Shown here: positions 60,482 to 64,000 of the stretch, piece by piece
Layout: each line of letters begins with the position of its first letter
How positions within the stretch are numbered: position 1 is the first letter of the stretch
Source of the DNA: Eukaryota sp. TZLM1-RC
Lineage: Eukaryota; Protista; Metamonada: BaSk clade
NCBI GenBank assembly: GCA_040285825.1
Contig: JAUPSS010000004.1
Span: forward strand, 4,059,784-4,123,783
Length of the DNA: 64,000 bases
Direction: 5' to 3'
Translations under genes and position numbers: made by a program
Notes under the pieces: model-generated
What the model saw: only the letters and a program-made list of their open reading frames with translations
Told to the model about the DNA's origin: nothing
Database searches by the model: none

Positions 60482-63400
60482 TGTTGCCTTAAGTTGCAAA
60501 AGTGGTTGAGATAAAGATAATTTATTTTCTATTCATATTATAAAAGCCTTAGGGCGCCAACACTGCTTCTTCCCCTTTTTCAAAGATAATAGGCTTATAT
60601 AAATATGAATCTAAACTATAAACAAATAACTAAGTAACTACAAATAATCTAAACTAATCTAAACTAAGAATTAGCATCACTTCCTAATTCTAGTACCGCG
60701 TCTAGGACTCTTGTAAGGCGTAGAGTTATTGGAGGTACTTCTACGTTGACTAGTAGTACGTTTTCCAATTTTCTTGTTATTCCTACTGAACAACTTGTAA
60801 GCTTCTGAATGTTTAACTGAATGGAGAGGCTCTTCTGTTGTCTCACCGCCAAACCATTGAAGAGTACAGAAACTACCTGAGTCAGAATTATATTCCGAGA
60901 GGATTTTCTCTATAACATGTTTCTCAGCATTGCCTGCTGCGACTGCCTTTAGAAATTCGATATCCTGAGGATTATTTGCGTTATAGATTTTGCAATCTTT
61001 CTTAGCAGCCTTTAATTCACTGCCAGTGATAAGATTTTTTAATAATAAAGTAGAGTTGGAAGGATGGTCTGTTACTAAAAAGGGTCCGTTCCAAGATCCA
61101 TGTAATTTATTATTCTGTTTGGTTTTACGTAGGACATAGTCACCAGTATTAAATACTATAGAGCGCGAATTAGTACTGTCTACTGAAATCGGAGTATTTG
61201 ATAATTGATGACGCTCTGCTTCTTCCCTTTTTTCTTGCAGACGAGTATTTTTCATTTTAATATCGTCTAATAAAGGTATATTGGAATCAAATTTTGATAA
61301 GTTTCCTAATATGTTTGCAGGGTCCGATCTTGGACTAATCGAAGATCCCAACATTAGTTCGTAAGGTGTAAAACCTGTCTTTCTGCTTTTAGTGGAATTT
61401 ATTAATAGTTGGGATATGGGTACATAAGTAGACCAATTTCCATAATCATTAAAATCTATTAATAATTTCCTCAAGCATTGTAGAACGTCTCTATGTTTTC
61501 GCTCTACGAGTCCATTACTTTCAGAGTAGTGGGGTATTGAGTTACTCATCTCAATAGCTAATCTGTTACACACTATCTTAAAAGTCTCGTTGGCGAACTC
61601 AGGACCATTATCACTATGAATTAACATAGGTATGCCAAAAATTGCGCAAACGTTCCAAATCAAAGCGTCTGCGGTCTCTGAGGCATTGAGTTCCTTCAGA
61701 AAGACTAAAATTGAATACCCAGTAAAAGAATCTACAAATACTAATAAGTATTTATTACCATCACTATCAGCATTCAGAGGTCCAATTGTGTCGACATTTA
61801 ATCTAGCAAAAGGACGATCTGCCCAAAAGGACCCTGTGGAAGGTGTTTTTGTTCTTTTAACTGGTGCCGTTTTTTGACAAGTTGGGCATCTTTTGATGTG
61901 GTTTATGAGGTCCTTTCTCATATTAGGCCAGAAAAAGTCGCTTTTGGACAGTTTATGTAGACTGCCTTTTTTGCTGGGGTGGCCTGATTGAACCAATCCA
62001 TGAATTAATAATAGTGCCTGTTTTCCGAGGCTTTTGGAATTAAAATTTTATTTTTATTGTTTTTCCAAATTTGAGTATTTTCATCTAGAATTGCATTCTC
62101 AAATAGAGGGTCATTATTATTTTTGGCTATTTGTTGTTCAGGTCTTATTTTAGAGAACCAAGAAGAAAAAATAGGTAAGTCCTGGTGTCTACTTAGGGAT
62201 GAAATTGATGGGATGTCTTCGAGGTCCGAATCAGAATCATCGTCTATTGGAGGTATCTCGTAATTCGAAAGTAAAGTATCTGGTATATTTATACTACATA
62301 TAGAAGGAGTTTCCTCATTTTGATCTAAATCAATATTCCTCGATAGCATATCTGCCCAGTGGTTATCTTCACCTGGTTCATGGACTATATCAAAGTCGAA
62401 TTCAGATAGTATCGGCAGCCATCTCTTTACAATTCTATTTTTCTCTGGGGCTGTGGCCAGGAATGCGATATTTTTGTGATCAGTGAAAATTGTTAGATGT
62501 CTAGTCAAAAGGTAGCTTTCTAAACAACTTTCAGTTAAAATCAGAAGAATTGCGTATAATTCTTTCTGTAAAGTGGACCATTTTCTTTGTGTTTCTGTAA
62601 GTAATCTACTATAAAACGACAAAGGTTTCACTTTCCTTTTATTCAGCGGGGTTCCTGCAAAAGAGTGTGGTTCAATTTCTTGCCAGATAACACCTCCAAC
62701 TGCTACATCTGATGCGTCAGTACTTATTAATACACGCTTGCCCGGAGCTGGTAATTCAAGGGGCATGTGATTAATTATTAAATCTTTTATTTGTTTAAAA
62801 TAATCGTCATGCTCGTTGGTCCATTTTATTATTCTAGGTTTTCCTTTAATTAACTCGTTAATTGGAGCTATTAATTCGGAAATACCTGGAAGCCAATCTC
62901 TAATATAATTGATGGATCCTACCAATGAGCGAACTTCTTTCACTGATTTTGGTCTAGGGATTCTCATCAAGGCTTCGATTTTTTTTACTAATAAATCTGG
63001 TTTTATCCTGGAAGGTGCTTCCTAAAATATCAATAGGGTGTTTGGATGTTACGAATTTACATTTGCGTAGACCTATATTTACACGTCTATTTCTGGCGCA
63101 TTGGAGGACTCTTTGTAATTTCTTATAGAATTCATCGAAAGTCGTTCCAACTACTATAATATCATTTATATATATAAAAACGCCATCAATTTGGAATATT
63201 TCCATCATTACGTTTTGAAAAACTGCTGGGATGTTCTTTAATCCGAAGCAAGCTCTCTTAAACATAATTGACCTTCCAGGGATTGAGATTGATGTTTTCT
63301 CAATGTCCTTCTCAGCTACATTCATCTGCCAGAAAGCTTTTGGTAAATCAAGCGTGGCTATGTAATCTGCTCTACTTAAAAACTCTAAAATATCACTAAT

Positions 63401-64000
63401 GCTAGGTAGATTAGGCTCTACTGAAATCGTGTGGGCATTGACTCCATCTTTACCGCTAAAGTCTCCCGTTAACCTGGGTTTCTTGCCGTCAGGATATATA
63501 ACTAAGACAATAGGAGAGCTGAATTTATAATTAGATTCAACTGCATAGCCCATTTCAATCAGTTCATCAAATATTTTGTTTGCTATTTCCATTTTGCTGG
63601 GATTTAATCGTCTAGCAGGTTTATGTACTATAGCATTCTCGTCTCTAAAGGGGATTGTTAGAGGTTTACAATCGATTCCTTTTCTGTTTGGAGTTTCACT
63701 AAAAACATCGCTGAAAATTCTTAGTAAACTCGTTAATTTTAATTTATTATTATCATCATCTAATTTTATTTCACAACCAGATCTAGTTAACTGCTCCTCA
63801 AAATCGGAAGAACTCGATGATTGGTTATCTAAGGTCCCAATCGAATGTTGAGCGATTCTTGAGTCGAATTCAGATTCTGCATTTAACAAAGTGCGGTGTT
63901 CTTTGTCTAATCTAATGAAAAGACCATCATCCGTCTGAAGCCCAAGTGTTTTTAACATGTCTATCTCTATTAATAATTTGTTCGAACCCGGGATTATGGG
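60482..64000 (-). mobile_element. Ty3/Gypsy family 2 element, 5' part outside window, probably inactive
   Basis: 81-bp 3' LTR (60482-60562), PPT AAAAAGGGGAAGAAGCAG. RT (YIDD mutated to YIND), RNase H TDAS, integrase with GPF and chromodomain-like tail. Two frameshifts. Confidence 0.95.

Overview
This is AT-rich eukaryotic DNA from a gene-compact, probably flagellated protist (CFAP77-like gene). It uses the standard code and has 26-35 nt GT-AG introns. About 15 host genes (CFAP77-like, DCP1-like, TBC Rab-GAP, cyclin, METTL21-like, tryptophanase/TPL, RPL12, SPF30-like, GOT1, multi-CSD protein, NAA30, orphans) sit among dense, nested mobile DNA. That DNA includes three Ty3/Gypsy families with very short LTRs, two TRIM-like derivatives, a solo LTR, a MITE, and many CRE-like (RT plus restriction-like endonuclease) LINE copies. 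The most notable system is a Fanzor (eukaryotic TnpB-like RNA-guided nuclease) element present as three related copies plus one diverged remnant. (1) All four right ends (hairpin + ATATCTG, the predicted omegaRNA scaffold end) stop 5-6 nt upstream of the ATG of an intact host gene, so each predicted guide is that gene's start-codon region. (2) The longest copy reads as a decayed polyprotein: SENP8/Ulp1-like protease, then a family-B-polymerase-type 3'-5' exonuclease, then Fanzor. (3) The three related copies share one premature stop before RuvC-II. A second oddity is that two LTR families lack a tRNA primer-binding site and have a covarying palindromic hairpin there instead. All assignments come from manual motif reading; no searches were run.
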